A DNA stretch of 64,000 nt from Candidatus Woesearchaeota archaeon (GCA_964578845.1 CAZOEF010000001.1:104591-168590), one strand, 5' to 3'. Shown: positions 48,422-59,100, counted from the first letter of the stretch. The notes: a model not told the origin generated them from the sequence alone. Translations and numbers: made by a program.

Positions 48422-50352
48422 TCTAAACCTAATTCATCCTTCAACAATTTCAACTGATCTCTCAATGCAATAGCTAACTCAAAATCAAGATCTTCGGCGG
48501 CCTGGCGCATCTCTTTCTCTAGAACTGGAACCATTTTTTCTTTCTCTTTTTTTGGAATATGCTTAGTGTCCTTAAGAATAATTGTCTGCTCTTCTATAGG
48601 CTTTTTGATAGTTACAGGAACTATATTATTATCTTTGTTATATTTTAACTGAATATTCCTTCTTCTGTTAGTCTCTTCAACTGCATTGCTTATTGACTGT
48701 GTGATATTATCAGCATATAGAATGACTTTGGCATCAATATTTCTTGCAGCCCTTCCGATTATCTGTATCAAGCTCTGCTGGTCGCGCAAGAATCCTTCTT
48801 TATCTGCATCTAGAATAGCCACTAAGCCCAGCTCAGGAATATCTATTCCCTCCCTTAAGAGATTTATTCCAACTAGCACATCAAACTTCCCTAACCTGAA
48901 CTGCCTGATTATTTCGCTTCTTTCGAGAGTCTTTATTTCTGAATGCAAATATCTTGTCTTTATTCCAACAGAGGCAAAATAATCTGAAATCTCTTCAGCG
49001 AGTTTTTTAGTCAGGGCTGTGACTAGTATCCTGTTGCCCTCAGAAGTGACTCTTTTTATTTCAGTAATTAAGTCCTGCAGCTGATTTTCTGTAGGTTTTA
49101 CCTCAATCTCAGGATCCACTAAACCTGTCGGGCGGATCAACTGTTCGACTACGTTCTTGCTATATTCCCGCTCATATTTTCCAGGGGTTGCACTAACAAA
49201 TATCACTTTCTGCTTTTTCATGTATTCTTCAAACTCAGAAAACTTCAAAGGCCTGTTATCTAAAGCTGAAGGCAACCTGAATCCGTAATCGACTAAATTC
49301 ATTTTTCTCTGCCTGTCGCCGTTATACATTGCGTTAAGCTGGGGGATTGTCTGGTGGCTTTCATCTATGACTATCAAGAAATCATCCCCGAAATAATCTA
49401 ATAAGCAGTAAGGCTTCTCTCCTGGTTTTCTGCCGTCAAAGTGTCTTGAGTAGTTCTCAATACCCTTGCAGAAACCGATTGTCTTAAGCATCTCTATGTC
49501 ATAAGCAGTTCTCTGTTTCAGCCTATGCGACTCGATCATATCCATCTTAGGAAGCTGCTGCCTAAGCTCTTCTTCTATACTTTCAATAGCTCTAGCCATC
49601 TCATCTTCAGGCGTGACGAAATGCCTTGCAGGAAAAAGAAAATAATGGTCCATCATCTGCTGAACAGAATTATTGTTCTTGTCTATCACTGTGACCCTGT
49701 CGACTTCGTCACCAAACATTTCTACTCTGATTATGTCCTTTTCATTACCGGGAATTATATCTATAGTATCACCTTTCACCCTGAACCTTCCAGGCAATAG
49801 TTCAATGTCATTCCTTTCGTACTGGCCATCAATTAATTTTGATATCAGTTCAGTCCTGCTTATTTTCATTCCTTTAGAAAGATCTAAACCCATTCCCTTG
49901 TAGTTATCAGGATTTCCTAAACCATAGATGCAGGATACAGATGCTATGACTATAACATCTTTCCTGCTCATCAGCGAAGCGCTCGCGCTTAACCTCATCC
50001 TCTCTATAAGAGGATTTATCTGTGAGTCTTTCTCTATGTACTGGTCTTTCTGCGGCAGGTAAGATTCCGGCTGGTAATAATCATAGAATGAGATGAAATA
50101 TTCGACCCTATTATCTGGAAAGAATTCTTTGAATTCCCTATATAATTGCGCTGCGAGAGTCTTGTTATGCGCTATGACTAAAGTAGGTTTTTTCACTTTT
50201 TCAATAACATTAGCTATCGTGAAAGTCTTGCCCGAGCCAGTCACGCCTAATAAAGTCTGAAAGTTATCTTTTTTCATTCCTTCGGCTAGCTTTTTTATGG
50301 CTTCAGGCTGTGAACCTGCTGGCTTAAACGAAGACTTTATCTTGAATTCCAT
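48418..50352 (-). CDS. uvrB: Excinuclease ABC subunit B
   Basis: GVTGSGKT, YDYYQPE, DESH, GRAAR, C-terminal UVR domain. Confidence 0.98.
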   Translation of the reverse strand: MEFKIKSSFKPAGSQPEAIKKLAEGMKKDNFQTLLGVTGSGKTFTIANVIEKVKKPTLVIAHNKTLAAQLYREFKEFFPDNRVEYFISFYDYYQPESYLPQKDQYIEKDSQINPLIERMRLSASASLMSRKDVIVIASVSCIYGLGNPDNYKGMGLDLSKGMKISRTELISKLIDGQYERNDIELLPGRFRVKGDTIDIIPGNEKDIIRVEMFGDEVDRVTVIDKNNNSVQQMMDHYFLFPARHFVTPEDEMARAIESIEEELRQQLPKMDMIESHRLKQRTAYDIEMLKTIGFCKGIENYSRHFDGRKPGEKPYCLLDYFGDDFLIVIDESHQTIPQLNAMYNGDRQRKMNLVDYGFRLPSALDNRPLKFSEFEEYMKKQKVIFVSATPGKYEREYSKNVVEQLIRPTGLVDPEIEVKPTENQLQDLITEIKRVTSEGNRILVTALTKKLAEEISDYFASVGIKTRYLHSEIKTLERSEIIRQFRLGKFDVLVGINLLREGIDIPELGLVAILDADKEGFLRDQQSLIQIIGRAARNIDAKVILYADNITQSISNAVEETNRRRNIQLKYNKDNNIVPVTIKKPIEEQTIILKDTKHIPKKEKEKMVPVLEKEMRQAAEDLDFELAIALRDQLKLLKDELGLD

Positions 50353-51851
50353 TTTCTTAATGACCTTTGGTAAGTGATAGCAAACCTGTGGGCTTCATCC
50401 CTGATTGCAATCAATAGTTGTAATCCCTTGTTTTTCATACTTATCCTTAATGGTTCATCGCTTCCCGGAATATATATCTCTTCCAGGCGCTTTGCTAAAG
50501 ATATCAATGGTATTTTTAATTTTAATTCATCCAATATTTCCTTAGCTGCATTCAATTGCCCTAGTCCGCCGTCAATTACTATCAGATCAGGATTTTTCAT
50601 CGAAGATTTGAGCATTCCTGAATATCTTCTTCTTACAACTTCTTTCATCGCCAAATAATCATCCCCTCCACTAGCTAAACGGATCCTGAATTTCCTGTAA
50701 CTAGATTTATCGGGCAATCCGTCCTTGAACCTGACCATTGAAGCCACTGTATTAGTCCCTGTCAAATGCGAAATGTCAAAACATTCTATAATCAAAGGCA
50801 ATTTATTCAGGGATAATAATTTCTTAAGTTCATTCATCCTCTCGCTGCCTGAAAAGAAAGTCGCGCTTACATTCTGCAGGACGAATTCCAGAAGCTCCTT
50901 CTTATCTCCTTTTTGAGGAATGACTATTGAGACTTTTCTCCCGGCTTTTTCAGTCAGGTAATCAGTCAAGCTTTCATCTATTGATTCAGGCAGGATTATT
51001 TCCTGGGGGATAGGTGCTGAGTCATAATACTGAAGAAGAAAGTCTTCCAGGAAATCTTCATAATAATCAAAAGTAAATTCCTGCTTTCCTTCAAGTATGC
51101 CTTTGCGCATTGAAAATATAAGAAGGTATACTGAATCCCCTACTTTAAGATAATTTATGATATTTGCATCTACTGACTTAGTCATCTCTATCAATTGTTT
51201 TTCTTTTAATGTCTTGAGGGCATTTATCTGGTTCCTCAAGCTCAAGGAGTATTCATAATATGTTTTTTTGGAAGCTATGTCCATCTTCTTTTCAAGCTCC
51301 TTTATCAGCCTATCTACGTCGCCTTTGAGTATTTGCCTTGCCTGCTTTATCCTTTCCAGATAAACATCTTTTTGAATACTTTTTTTAAGGCGAGGTGAAG
51401 GTCTCCTCATAAATACCCTGAAATTTCTAGATATCACGTCTGTTATCAATTTCCTCACTGCGCCTGAAACAAACGGGCCATAATACTCCCCTTTGGCTTC
51501 CCTATAACGAACAACTTCTATCCATGGGATCTCTTCATTATGTATCCTAATATAAGCATACCTGTGGGAGTCTTTCAGATCAAGATTATATTTAGGATAA
51601 TGCTTTTTTATCAGGCTGTTCTCGAGTATCAGGGCCTCTACTTCTGTAGAAGTAGTTATGACATCAATATCTGAGATATTTTTTACTAACTGAGAAGTCT
51701 TTGGATCTAGCTCTTTTTTCTGGAAATAGCTTGAAACACGTTTACGGATATTATTAGCCTTGCCGACATAAATAATATTTCCATCCTTATCGCGAAACAA
51801 ATAACATCCCGGATCAGTCGGAAGGAAATTTATCTCATTTATTTCTACCAT
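50337..51851 (-). CDS. uvrC: Excinuclease ABC subunit C (lacks the C-terminal HhH domain)
   Basis: GIY-YIG (GCY..YVGKA), ECFDISH, DGGLGQ, RDEAHRFA. Confidence 0.95.
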   Translation of the reverse strand: MVEINEINFLPTDPGCYLFRDKDGNIIYVGKANNIRKRVSSYFQKKELDPKTSQLVKNISDIDVITTSTEVEALILENSLIKKHYPKYNLDLKDSHRYAYIRIHNEEIPWIEVVRYREAKGEYYGPFVSGAVRKLITDVISRNFRVFMRRPSPRLKKSIQKDVYLERIKQARQILKGDVDRLIKELEKKMDIASKKTYYEYSLSLRNQINALKTLKEKQLIEMTKSVDANIINYLKVGDSVYLLIFSMRKGILEGKQEFTFDYYEDFLEDFLLQYYDSAPIPQEIILPESIDESLTDYLTEKAGRKVSIVIPQKGDKKELLEFVLQNVSATFFSGSERMNELKKLLSLNKLPLIIECFDISHLTGTNTVASMVRFKDGLPDKSSYRKFRIRLASGGDDYLAMKEVVRRRYSGMLKSSMKNPDLIVIDGGLGQLNAAKEILDELKLKIPLISLAKRLEEIYIPGSDEPLRISMKNKGLQLLIAIRDEAHRFAITYQRSLRKWNSR

Positions 51852-54639
51852 TTTGCTTGAGCAGAGGCTTAAGAAATCTTGCTGTGTGTCCCTGACTATT
51901 GATTATTTCTTCCGGAGTGCCTTCTGCTAAAACCTGCCCCCCGTTTTCACCGCCTTCAGGACCTAGGTCTATTATATAGTCAGCAGATTTTATGACCTCA
52001 AGATTATGCTCAATTGTTATAATAGTATTCCCCTTATTTACTAAGCTGTGCAATACTTCAAGCAATTTATTTACATCGTGGAAATGCAGGCCTGTTGTAG
52101 GCTCATCTAATAAGTAAATAGTGTTTCCTGTCCCTCTTTTTGCTAATTCCCTGGTTAACTTTATCCTTTGGGCTTCTCCGCCTGAAAGGGTTGTGGCACT
52201 CTGGCCTAATTTGATGTAACCTAGACCTACATCTGTTAAAGTAGATAATTTCCTATGTATAGAAGGGACTGAAGAGAATATCTCTAAAGCTTCCTCAACG
52301 CTCATCTCAAGAACTTCTGCTATGTTCTTATTATTAAAGGTAACTTTTAGAGTTTCTGAATTGTACCTTTTGCCTTTGCATTCTTCGCATTCTACATACA
52401 CATCAGGCAGAAAGTTCATCTCTATCTTTATTGTTCCATCTCCCTGGCATTTCTCGCATCTTCCCCCAGGAACATTGAAAGAAAATCTCCCTGGCGAATA
52501 GCCTCGTAATTTAGATTCTTTAGTTGAGGCAAACAGATTCCTGATCTCATCAAATGCTTTGATGTAAGTTGCAGGATTGCTTCTCGGAGTCCTTCCAATT
52601 GGGCTCTGGTCTATCACGATAACCTTGTCTAATTTCCCGTTTATCTCAATTTTATCGTGCTTTCCTGGAATTACAGTAGAAGAATTTATTTTTTTCATCA
52701 GGCCTTTATAGATTATTTCTTCAAGCAGAGTTGATTTTCCTGAACCAGAGACTCCTGTCAAGCAGGTCAATACTCCTAAAGGAATATTTACATCAATGTT
52801 CTTTAGATTGTTTTCCTTGCATCCTTTGAAGTTCACTTCCCCTTTTCCTTTGCGTCTTTTTTCTGGAACAGGAATAGATAATTTTCCTGAAAGGTAGTTT
52901 CCTGTCAATGAATTAGGATCATTTGTAATTTCTTCAGGAGTTCCGATAGAGGTTATTTCACCCCCGTGAATTCCTGCGCCCGGGCCCATATCTATAACAT
53001 AATCTGCCCTGCGGATAGTGTCCTCGTCGTGCTCAACAACTATAAGAGTGTTCCCTAAATCCCTTAATGTATGCAGGGTCTCTATTAATTTTATATTATC
53101 CCTCTGGTGTAACCCGATAGATGGCTCGTCTAAGATATATAATACTCCTGTTAGATTAGATCCGATCTGAGTCGCTAAACGTATCCTCTGGGCTTCTCCT
53201 CCTGAAAGAGTTCCTGCCTGCCTGGACAAGGTCAAATAGCCTAACCCTACATCTGAAAGGAATTTTAGCCTTGCATTTATTTCCTTTAAGATCAGGCTGG
53301 CGATATCTGTTTCTTTTTTTGTCAGGTTCAATGTATTGAAAAAATCCAGACAGCTTGTTATAGAAAGATCAGTCACATCAATTATTGATTTATTGTTGAT
53401 GGTGACTGCCAGAACTTTCTCTTTCAATCTTTTTCCTTTGCAGACTAAACATGGAGTAGCGCGCATATATTTTTCAAACTCGCTCTTTCTCCAGTCGGAT
53501 GAAGTCTGCTTGTATAGCCTGTCAGACTGAGGAATCAATCCTTCCCATCCGCTCTCCATGTTCATGCTTGCTCCGTTAGACCAGCGGCCCTTTATTGACT
53601 GGGATGTTCCATATAGCAATACATCCATTTGCTTATCATTGAATTTATCTATTGGCTTAAATAAATCAAAGCCGAATTTTTTTCCGACTACCTGGAGCTG
53701 CTGTGACCTCCAGCTTAGGTCCATTTTTCCATAAAGAGCAATAGCTCCGTCCATTATGCTCTTGCTCTGGTCAGGAATAATCAAGTCAGGATCGAACTCT
53801 ATTTTCACACCTAAACCATTGCAATTCTCACAAGCTCCGAACGGGCTATTGAATGAGAACATCCTTGGCTGGAGCTCTTCTATCGAGAGGCCGCAAACAG
53901 GACAGGCCAGAGAGGATGAATACAGCTCTTCCTTATCGTTAGTTAAAGCTATCAATAATCCGTTTCCCTTTTTTAAGGAATTCTCGACTGCTTCAGTCAG
54001 CCTTGTTTTGTCCTCTAAACTTACTCGATCTATAACAGCGTCAATATCGTGCCTTTTGTAGCGCTCAAGCTTGATTTTTTCATCTGTCCTGAAGATCTTT
54101 CCATTTATCCTTGCTCTTGAATATCCTTCTGAGTTTAGGTCTTTTATTAATTGCTCATAAGTTCCTTTCTTCTGTCTTATGATCGGCGCAAGAATAGTTA
54201 TGTCTTTACTAAAATCAGAAACTATCTGGTTTACAATCTGTTCAGCTGTTCGGGATACTATTGGCAATTTATGGACCGGGCAATGCGGAGTCCCTATTCT
54301 AGCGTATAATAACCTTAGATAATCGTATACCTCGGTAACTGTTCCTACAGTGCTTCTCGGATTATTCGAAGTAGTCTTCTGCTCTATTGAAATAGCAGGT
54401 GATAAGCCTTCAATGGAATCAACATCCGGCTTGTTCATCAGTCCTAAGAACTGCCTCGCGTAAGCGCTTAAAGACTCAACGTATCTTCTCTGTCCCTCTG
54501 CGTAAAGTGTATCGAAAGCCAAAGTTGATTTTCCTGATCCTGACAATCCTGTAATTACTACAAGCTTGTTCCTTGGCAAAGTCACAGTGACATTCTTGAG
54601 ATTATGCTCTCTTGCCCCTCGAATAATAATGTCCTTCAT
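51835..54639 (-). CDS. uvrA: Excinuclease ABC subunit A
   Basis: Two ABC ATPase modules (GLSGSGKS, GVSGSGKS, two LSGGEAQR) and zinc fingers. Confidence 0.98.
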   Translation of the reverse strand: MKDIIIRGAREHNLKNVTVTLPRNKLVVITGLSGSGKSTLAFDTLYAEGQRRYVESLSAYARQFLGLMNKPDVDSIEGLSPAISIEQKTTSNNPRSTVGTVTEVYDYLRLLYARIGTPHCPVHKLPIVSRTAEQIVNQIVSDFSKDITILAPIIRQKKGTYEQLIKDLNSEGYSRARINGKIFRTDEKIKLERYKRHDIDAVIDRVSLEDKTRLTEAVENSLKKGNGLLIALTNDKEELYSSSLACPVCGLSIEELQPRMFSFNSPFGACENCNGLGVKIEFDPDLIIPDQSKSIMDGAIALYGKMDLSWRSQQLQVVGKKFGFDLFKPIDKFNDKQMDVLLYGTSQSIKGRWSNGASMNMESGWEGLIPQSDRLYKQTSSDWRKSEFEKYMRATPCLVCKGKRLKEKVLAVTINNKSIIDVTDLSITSCLDFFNTLNLTKKETDIASLILKEINARLKFLSDVGLGYLTLSRQAGTLSGGEAQRIRLATQIGSNLTGVLYILDEPSIGLHQRDNIKLIETLHTLRDLGNTLIVVEHDEDTIRRADYVIDMGPGAGIHGGEITSIGTPEEITNDPNSLTGNYLSGKLSIPVPEKRRKGKGEVNFKGCKENNLKNIDVNIPLGVLTCLTGVSGSGKSTLLEEIIYKGLMKKINSSTVIPGKHDKIEINGKLDKVIVIDQSPIGRTPRSNPATYIKAFDEIRNLFASTKESKLRGYSPGRFSFNVPGGRCEKCQGDGTIKIEMNFLPDVYVECEECKGKRYNSETLKVTFNNKNIAEVLEMSVEEALEIFSSVPSIHRKLSTLTDVGLGYIKLGQSATTLSGGEAQRIKLTRELAKRGTGNTIYLLDEPTTGLHFHDVNKLLEVLHSLVNKGNTIITIEHNLEVIKSADYIIDLGPEGGENGGQVLAEGTPEEIINSQGHTARFLKPLLKQNGRNK

Positions 54640-54748
54640 TGAAATTTTTTGTTTCCTCCTTTCTTAAAGCTTATGAATCTTTTAAATGGGTGAGTATCAT
54701 TCTTGAGTTAAGGCTAATATTTATAAAATTGGCTGCCTTTTTTGTGCA

Positions 54749-55120
54749 ATGACATATGTTGATGGATTTGTTTTAGTAGTTCCTAAGAAAAATTTCAATG
54801 CTTATAAGAAAATGGCTGCTGAAGGTGCTAGGTTATGGAAAAAGCACGGAGTACTTGATTATAAGGAATGTGTAGGAGATGACTTGAATCCTACCGTTGG
54901 CGGGATGAAAAGCTTAACTTTTCCGAAAATGGCCAATTCTGGAAAGAACGATGTCTGGTTTTCATTTATAACATTTAAGTCCAAAGCGCACAGGGATTTA
55001 GTCAATAAGAAGGTCATGAAAGAAATGGACCAGATGTCTGAGAAGTACAAGAATATGAAGATGCCGTTTGACTTGAAGAAAATGGCTTACGGCGGGTTTA
55101 GAACAGTAGTTGAAAAGTAA
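54749..55120 (+). CDS. DUF1428 family protein
   Basis: YVDGFVLVVP, ECVGDD, MPFD.KKM.YGGF. Confidence 0.88.
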   Translation: MTYVDGFVLVVPKKNFNAYKKMAAEGARLWKKHGVLDYKECVGDDLNPTVGGMKSLTFPKMANSGKNDVWFSFITFKSKAHRDLVNKKVMKEMDQMSEKYKNMKMPFDLKKMAYGGFRTVVEK

Positions 55121-55160
55121 TACTACAAATGTTTATTAATTCTTGGAAATTTATTTTAAT

Positions 55161-55553
55161 ATGGATCCTGTAGTACATTTTGAGATGGCAGCTGTCGATA
55201 AAGACAGAGTTAAAAAATTCTATGAAGATGCTTTCGGCTGGAAGATGACTAAATTAGGCGAAGATATGGGGGAATATATCATAGCCCATACTACAGAAAC
55301 TGATGAGAACAATATGGTAAAAACTCCCGGGGCAATAAATGGAGGCTTTTTCCAGAGAGATGATACTAAACCAGGATCGCAACATCTCTCTGTTGTGATA
55401 AGTGTAAGTGATATCAATGAGTCTATTGAAAAAGTCAAAGAAGCAGGTGGAGAAGTTTTTGGAGAACCGATGGAAATACCAGGAATAGGCACATATGTAG
55501 CTTTCCAGGATAGTGAAGGAAATAGAGTCGGGATGCTTCAGCAATCTATGTAA
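55161..55553 (+). CDS. VOC/glyoxalase-bleomycin resistance family protein
   Basis: PVVHFE, FY..AFGW, GAINGG, DSEGNRVG. Confidence 0.9.
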   Translation: MDPVVHFEMAAVDKDRVKKFYEDAFGWKMTKLGEDMGEYIIAHTTETDENNMVKTPGAINGGFFQRDDTKPGSQHLSVVISVSDINESIEKVKEAGGEVFGEPMEIPGIGTYVAFQDSEGNRVGMLQQSM

Positions 55554-55611
55554 TTATCTTGAGAGAGTCTCAATCAGAAAATTAATTAATGCCTAAAATC
55601 CTGATAATAAA

Positions 55612-55980
55612 ATGAATGATGATGAAGAAATCAGGAAATTAGTTGATGATTGGATGCTAGCTAGTAAGGAAGGTGATATTGATAAAGTTCTAAGTTTAAT
55701 GACAGATGATGTTATCTTTATGACTCCTGGGAATGAGCCGTTTGGAAAAGAGGCGTTCAGGAAAGCTTCTGAAGAGATGAAAGACATGAAGATTGACGGA
55801 AAGAGTAATATCAAGGAGATAAAAGTCTTAGGCGACTGGGCTTACATAAGAAATTTTATTGAAATTAAAATGAGTTCTCCAGAAAATGAAACTGTTAATA
55901 GAAAAGGATATACTTTGACGATATTGAAAAAAGAGAACGGCAAATGGAAATTATTCAGGGATGCTAATCTTGTGAGTTAG
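55612..55980 (+). CDS. SnoaL-like/DUF4440 (SgcJ/EcaC-like) protein
   Basis: LMTDDVIF..PG, GDWAY, GKWKLFRDANL. Confidence 0.85.
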   Translation: MNDDEEIRKLVDDWMLASKEGDIDKVLSLMTDDVIFMTPGNEPFGKEAFRKASEEMKDMKIDGKSNIKEIKVLGDWAYIRNFIEIKMSSPENETVNRKGYTLTILKKENGKWKLFRDANLVS

Positions 55981-56854
55981 GCAATACACATTCTTCCGGA
56001 TTTTTATCTTCTCTTAAACGCTTGAATACAGGAGCCCTTAATTTCCCATTTTTTGTGACTTCATGGCATGTTACTTCTGCGACTAAGATAGGCTTTACCG
56101 GTATGACTCCTGATTCGGTTTCTATTAATTCTTTTTTTAGCTTTATTTTTTCTAATTTCTCTTTTAGTTCTTTCATCGATCTTTCATTGAATCCTGTCCC
56201 GGCCTTTCCTGCATAGACAAGATTGTCTTTGTTATAGAATCCTAATGCTAAACTAGTCAATGTGCGCTTTTCAGTAGTGTAACCCAGAATGACGCAATCA
56301 ACTTCTTTGGTTATTTTTATTTTTATCCAGTCTGATGATCTTTCCCCTAAAACATAAGAGCTATCTGACTTTTTTGCTATCACTCCTTCTAACTTATTTT
56401 CCTTTACAAATCTCCAGAGTTTTTTTCCGTCTTCAGTGTAAGCTGAAAGCATTAAATTATCTCCTTCTTTTACTACTTTATCTAATATTTTCTTTCTTTT
56501 GTATAAAGGCTCTTTAAGAAGAGATTTTCCGTTATAATATAAGATGTCAAATGCAATATATTTAGCGTCTTTTGTCTTGCTTTTTTGATGCTCTCCCCAT
56601 TTTTCAAATGACGGGCGGCCTTTTTCATCGAAGACTACTATCTCCCCATCTAGGATGCATTCTTTTGCTTTCAAATCTTTAAAGAAATTAAATTCAGGAT
56701 ATTTGTTAGTTATTATTATTCCATTTCTTGAGGTGAATTTGAGTTTTGTTTTCTTGTAGCATAAAGCGCGAATTCCGTCTAGTTTTACTTCGAATAAATA
56801 TCCTTTTTTATCTAAGATGTTTTCATTGCCTATAGTCGCTAGCATCGGTTTCAT
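55964..56854 (-). CDS. ATP-dependent DNA ligase (LigD-type LIG domain)
   Basis: PMLA, EVKLDGIR, LDGEIV, FDIL, EGVIAK, WIKIK, LRAPVF..LREDK. Confidence 0.93.
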   Translation of the reverse strand: MKPMLATIGNENILDKKGYLFEVKLDGIRALCYKKTKLKFTSRNGIIITNKYPEFNFFKDLKAKECILDGEIVVFDEKGRPSFEKWGEHQKSKTKDAKYIAFDILYYNGKSLLKEPLYKRKKILDKVVKEGDNLMLSAYTEDGKKLWRFVKENKLEGVIAKKSDSSYVLGERSSDWIKIKITKEVDCVILGYTTEKRTLTSLALGFYNKDNLVYAGKAGTGFNERSMKELKEKLEKIKLKKELIETESGVIPVKPILVAEVTCHEVTKNGKLRAPVFKRLREDKNPEECVLPNSQD

Positions 56855-58245
56855 TTTCTAAGTTTCTCCTTTATTGATTTTATTGAAACTCCTTTTTTGT
56901 ACATTCCTTTCCAGAGATCTTTTTTTAGTCTTGATGAATAATTGTCTAAAGTGAAATGGCGAGGCCTTATTTTTTTAACTTCTTTCCATTCTATCGGCAT
57001 CGCTATTCCTCCCCTTAATGAAGCCCTGACAGAATACGGAGCGACAGCTGTATGTGTAGGAGAATTCCTGAAATAATCCAATAACACTCTATCTTTTCTT
57101 TTTTCTATTCGCATCTGGGTAGTCATATCCTTAGGAAAATTATTTGCTAAAACATTAGCTATCTTTCCAGCAAATTCCCTAACTTCCTCCTGTTTTGTTG
57201 TTCGATCTAATGGGACTACAATATGGTATCCTTTGTTTCCTGTTGTCATAATGTAGGAAGGCATTTTCAAATCATCTAAGAATTTCTTTACTTCTAAGGC
57301 GACTCTTTGCGTTTTTTCAAAATCATTCACAGAAGGATCCAGATCGAATATCATCCTGTCCGGATAATCTAATTTGTCAGCTCTTGCAGGCCAGATATGC
57401 GGAACAACAACTTGAGTAGCTAAATAGACTATGCTTTCTTCATCGTTAGCCATAACATATTTTATTTTACTGGTCTTTCTTTTTACCTCAACTTTTTTCA
57501 TCCAGTCGGGAAAATAATCAGGAACGTGCTTTTGGAAGAATCCTTCTTCCCTTAATCCATGGGGCATCCTGAACATTGAGATAGGACGATTTTTTATGTG
57601 TTCTAACATCAGCGGAGCTGCTTTTTTGTAATATTCAGCGAAATCTTTTTTTGTTAGATTAGCGAAGATCTCTTTTTTTGCATTTGTTATCTCTATTTTT
57701 TTCTTATTTACTGTAAAGAACTCTGAAGGGGATTTTTCATCTTCCTTATTTTCTATCGCTTCCTCATCGTTCATCTTTATTAGAAGCCAGTTTTTTCCTT
57801 CCATCTTGTTGAAAGCGAATCCTCCTCTTAGTCGATCTCCTTTAAGCCAGATTATGAAGTGGCCTTTTTCTATCCATTTTGATAAAGGCTCTAGCTTGCT
57901 GTCTTTTATTGTCATATTCACAAAATATCCATTGTCCCAGATCTCTACATTACCTGCTCCGTAATTCCCTTCAGGTATTACTCCTTCGAACTTGCCGTAT
58001 TCTATAGGATGGTCTTCAACGTGGACTGCTAAACGCTTGTCCTTAGTTGACATACTCGGTTCCTTTGGAACAGCCCAGGATTTTAGAACTCCGTCAACCT
58101 CTATCCTGAAATCATAATGAAGCCTTCTGGCTGCATGTTTTTGGATTACAAACGTCGCTTTTTTCGCCTTCTTTTCGACTTTTCCCTTTGGCTCTGAAGT
58201 CTTAGTGAAGTCGCGCTTTTTCTTATATTCATTTAATTTGGCCAT
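56851..58245 (-). CDS. LigD 3'-phosphoesterase fused to a LigD polymerase domain (PE-POL)
   Basis: FVIQKHAARRLHYDFR, SWAVPK, VEDHP (PE); FFQKH, IFDLDP, TTGNKGYH, APYSVR (POL). Confidence 0.93.
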   Translation of the reverse strand: MAKLNEYKKKRDFTKTSEPKGKVEKKAKKATFVIQKHAARRLHYDFRIEVDGVLKSWAVPKEPSMSTKDKRLAVHVEDHPIEYGKFEGVIPEGNYGAGNVEIWDNGYFVNMTIKDSKLEPLSKWIEKGHFIIWLKGDRLRGGFAFNKMEGKNWLLIKMNDEEAIENKEDEKSPSEFFTVNKKKIEITNAKKEIFANLTKKDFAEYYKKAAPLMLEHIKNRPISMFRMPHGLREEGFFQKHVPDYFPDWMKKVEVKRKTSKIKYVMANDEESIVYLATQVVVPHIWPARADKLDYPDRMIFDLDPSVNDFEKTQRVALEVKKFLDDLKMPSYIMTTGNKGYHIVVPLDRTTKQEEVREFAGKIANVLANNFPKDMTTQMRIEKRKDRVLLDYFRNSPTHTAVAPYSVRASLRGGIAMPIEWKEVKKIRPRHFTLDNYSSRLKKDLWKGMYKKGVSIKSIKEKLRK

Positions 58246-58283
58246 AGCTTAGAATAAGAGTTTAGGAGATATAAGGGTTGTGA

Positions 58284-58682
58284 TTAGATCAACCTAATTG
58301 CTTCCTCAGGAGTTATTATTTTTATTTCCCTGTATTGCTTTATATTAAGCAGATGCCTATCGTAAGTTATAATATATTCAGAATTAGAGTCAACGGCGCA
58401 TTCAAGTATCTTATCATCATCTGGGTCGTCCTTGACTATCTTTAATTTGGTTTTGGGCTCTACGACCCTGATAATGCCGATTAAATTACTTAGGATTTTT
58501 TCTATTCCTTTATTATCATACTTGAAATCCCTGGCCAAGACTTCGCTAAATTCTGTCAATATGCTCTCTGTGGAGAATAATTTATAGTCTTTCTTTATGA
58601 ATTTGATTAGGGCTTTGTGGGCAACGCTTTTATTCCATTGAGTGGCTGAAATAAGGAAATTTGTATCCAGGGTAATCCTCAT
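58284..58682 (-). CDS. PIN-domain toxin (VapC-like)
   Basis: LDTNFLISA, DPDDDKILECA, IITYDRHLL. Confidence 0.92.
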   Translation of the reverse strand: MRITLDTNFLISATQWNKSVAHKALIKFIKKDYKLFSTESILTEFSEVLARDFKYDNKGIEKILSNLIGIIRVVEPKTKLKIVKDDPDDDKILECAVDSNSEYIITYDRHLLNIKQYREIKIITPEEAIRLI

Positions 58683-58955
58683 CTATTTTAATCTTCTAAG
58701 CCTGTGCACTAGATCAGCAGAATCGCTTTCTTTTATGCCTAATTTTTCAGCCTTTTTGCTTCCTTCTTTGGCTATTTTCTCTATCTGTTTTAATAAGTCT
58801 TTTTTAGAAGGCATTTCAACTTTCTTTAAGATAATAGTATCTCCGCTAGTCATGACTAAGAAAATCGTGCCTTCCTTGGCTTCTAATTCATTTCTGGCAT
58901 CTTGAGGAATAACAACCTGTCCTCTGGATGACATTTTAGTGGTTTCAATCTTCAT
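58683..58955 (-). CDS. AbrB/MazE family antitoxin
   Basis: KMSSRGQVVIPQDAR. Confidence 0.9.
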   Translation of the reverse strand: MKIETTKMSSRGQVVIPQDARNELEAKEGTIFLVMTSGDTIILKKVEMPSKKDLLKQIEKIAKEGSKKAEKLGIKESDSADLVHRLRRLK

Positions 58956-59100
58956 CTTACTTTCTTATTATAAGAATATCTTATATTTAAACATTTGTAG
59001 CTTTAGTGCCTAAGATTCCTCCATTAACTCCCTTGAAAATTTAGTTTATTTATTAATAAGCCTCTCAAAAATGAGGGGATTTTGGGATTGAGAAGGTTTA

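Noticed and set aside
51835..54639. UvrA as a DrrC-type resistance protein partnering DrrAB
   Set aside because: It is a full-length UvrA in an operon with uvrC and uvrB.
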